A stretch of DNA of 64,000 nucleotides from Octopus sinensis (Eukaryota), in the NCBI RefSeq assembly GCF_006345805.1, contig NC_043002.1, forward strand, positions 77,872,001 through 77,936,000. The letters are read 5' to 3'. Shown in pieces: positions 63,814-64,000 of this stretch. Position numbers and translations under genes: made by a program. The notes below the pieces were generated by a model, which worked only from the letters and a program-made list of their open reading frames with translations, was not told where the DNA came from and did no database searches. The stretch's first letter is position 1, and each line of letters opens with the position of its first letter.

Positions 63814-64000
63814 TAAGGCGGTGAGCTGGCAGAAACGTTAGCACACCAGGTGAAATGCTTAGTGATATTTCATCTGTCTTTACATTCTGAGTTCAAATTT
63901 CGCCGAGGTCAACTTTGCCTTTCATCCTTTTGGAGTTGATAAATTAAGTACCAGTTGCATACTGGAACAACCTAATCAACTGGCCCCTTCCAGATTAGTG
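63814..64000 (+). mobile_element. Family B SINE running to the window edge
   Basis: AAGGCGGTGAGCTGGCAGAAACGTTAGC...GAGGTCAACTTTGCCTTTCATCC. Confidence 0.88.

Noticed and set aside
1-64000. Most of the 60-120 aa ORFs in the supplied track as protein-coding genes
   Set aside because: They are short, low-complexity, overlap SINEs or microsatellites, and show no recognisable domains. Only 5519, 18531, 37855 and 38534 contain TE-protein fragments. ORF 30200-30421 overlaps the Smurf exon in the wrong frame.
62102-64000. Next Smurf exon (YQRLDL...)
   Set aside because: No acceptor followed by this peptide was seen. It presumably lies beyond the window.

Overview
AT-rich (roughly one-third GC by eye), repeat-dense animal genomic DNA. 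The SINE families and microsatellite load look like a coleoid cephalopod, probably Octopus (inference from recalled repeat families, not a search). The only host coding sequence I can support is three + strand internal exons (27333-27371, 30173-30281, 61968-62101). They splice in frame to the N-terminal C2 domain of a Smurf (SMURF1/2-like, NEDD4-family HECT E3 ligase) gene. The first coding exon and the exons after 62101 were not found, so the rest of the window is most likely intron. It is filled with tRNA-derived SINEs (several with clear TSDs), a decayed RTE LINE, an internally deleted piggyBac and its MITEs, a mariner relic, a hAT MITE, a Helentron-like element carrying a gypsy integrase fragment, and two Penelope-like 3' remnants. 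The most unusual signals are a minimal hammerhead-ribozyme-like motif with a swapped G3-C8 core pair (39905-39956), a second degenerate hammerhead next to a perfect 42-bp palindrome (10206-10324), and two candidate recursive AG|GT splice sites (11033/11034 and 62720/62721). Nearly all ORFs in the supplied track are spurious. Repeat boundaries are approximate unless TSDs or TIRs are quoted.
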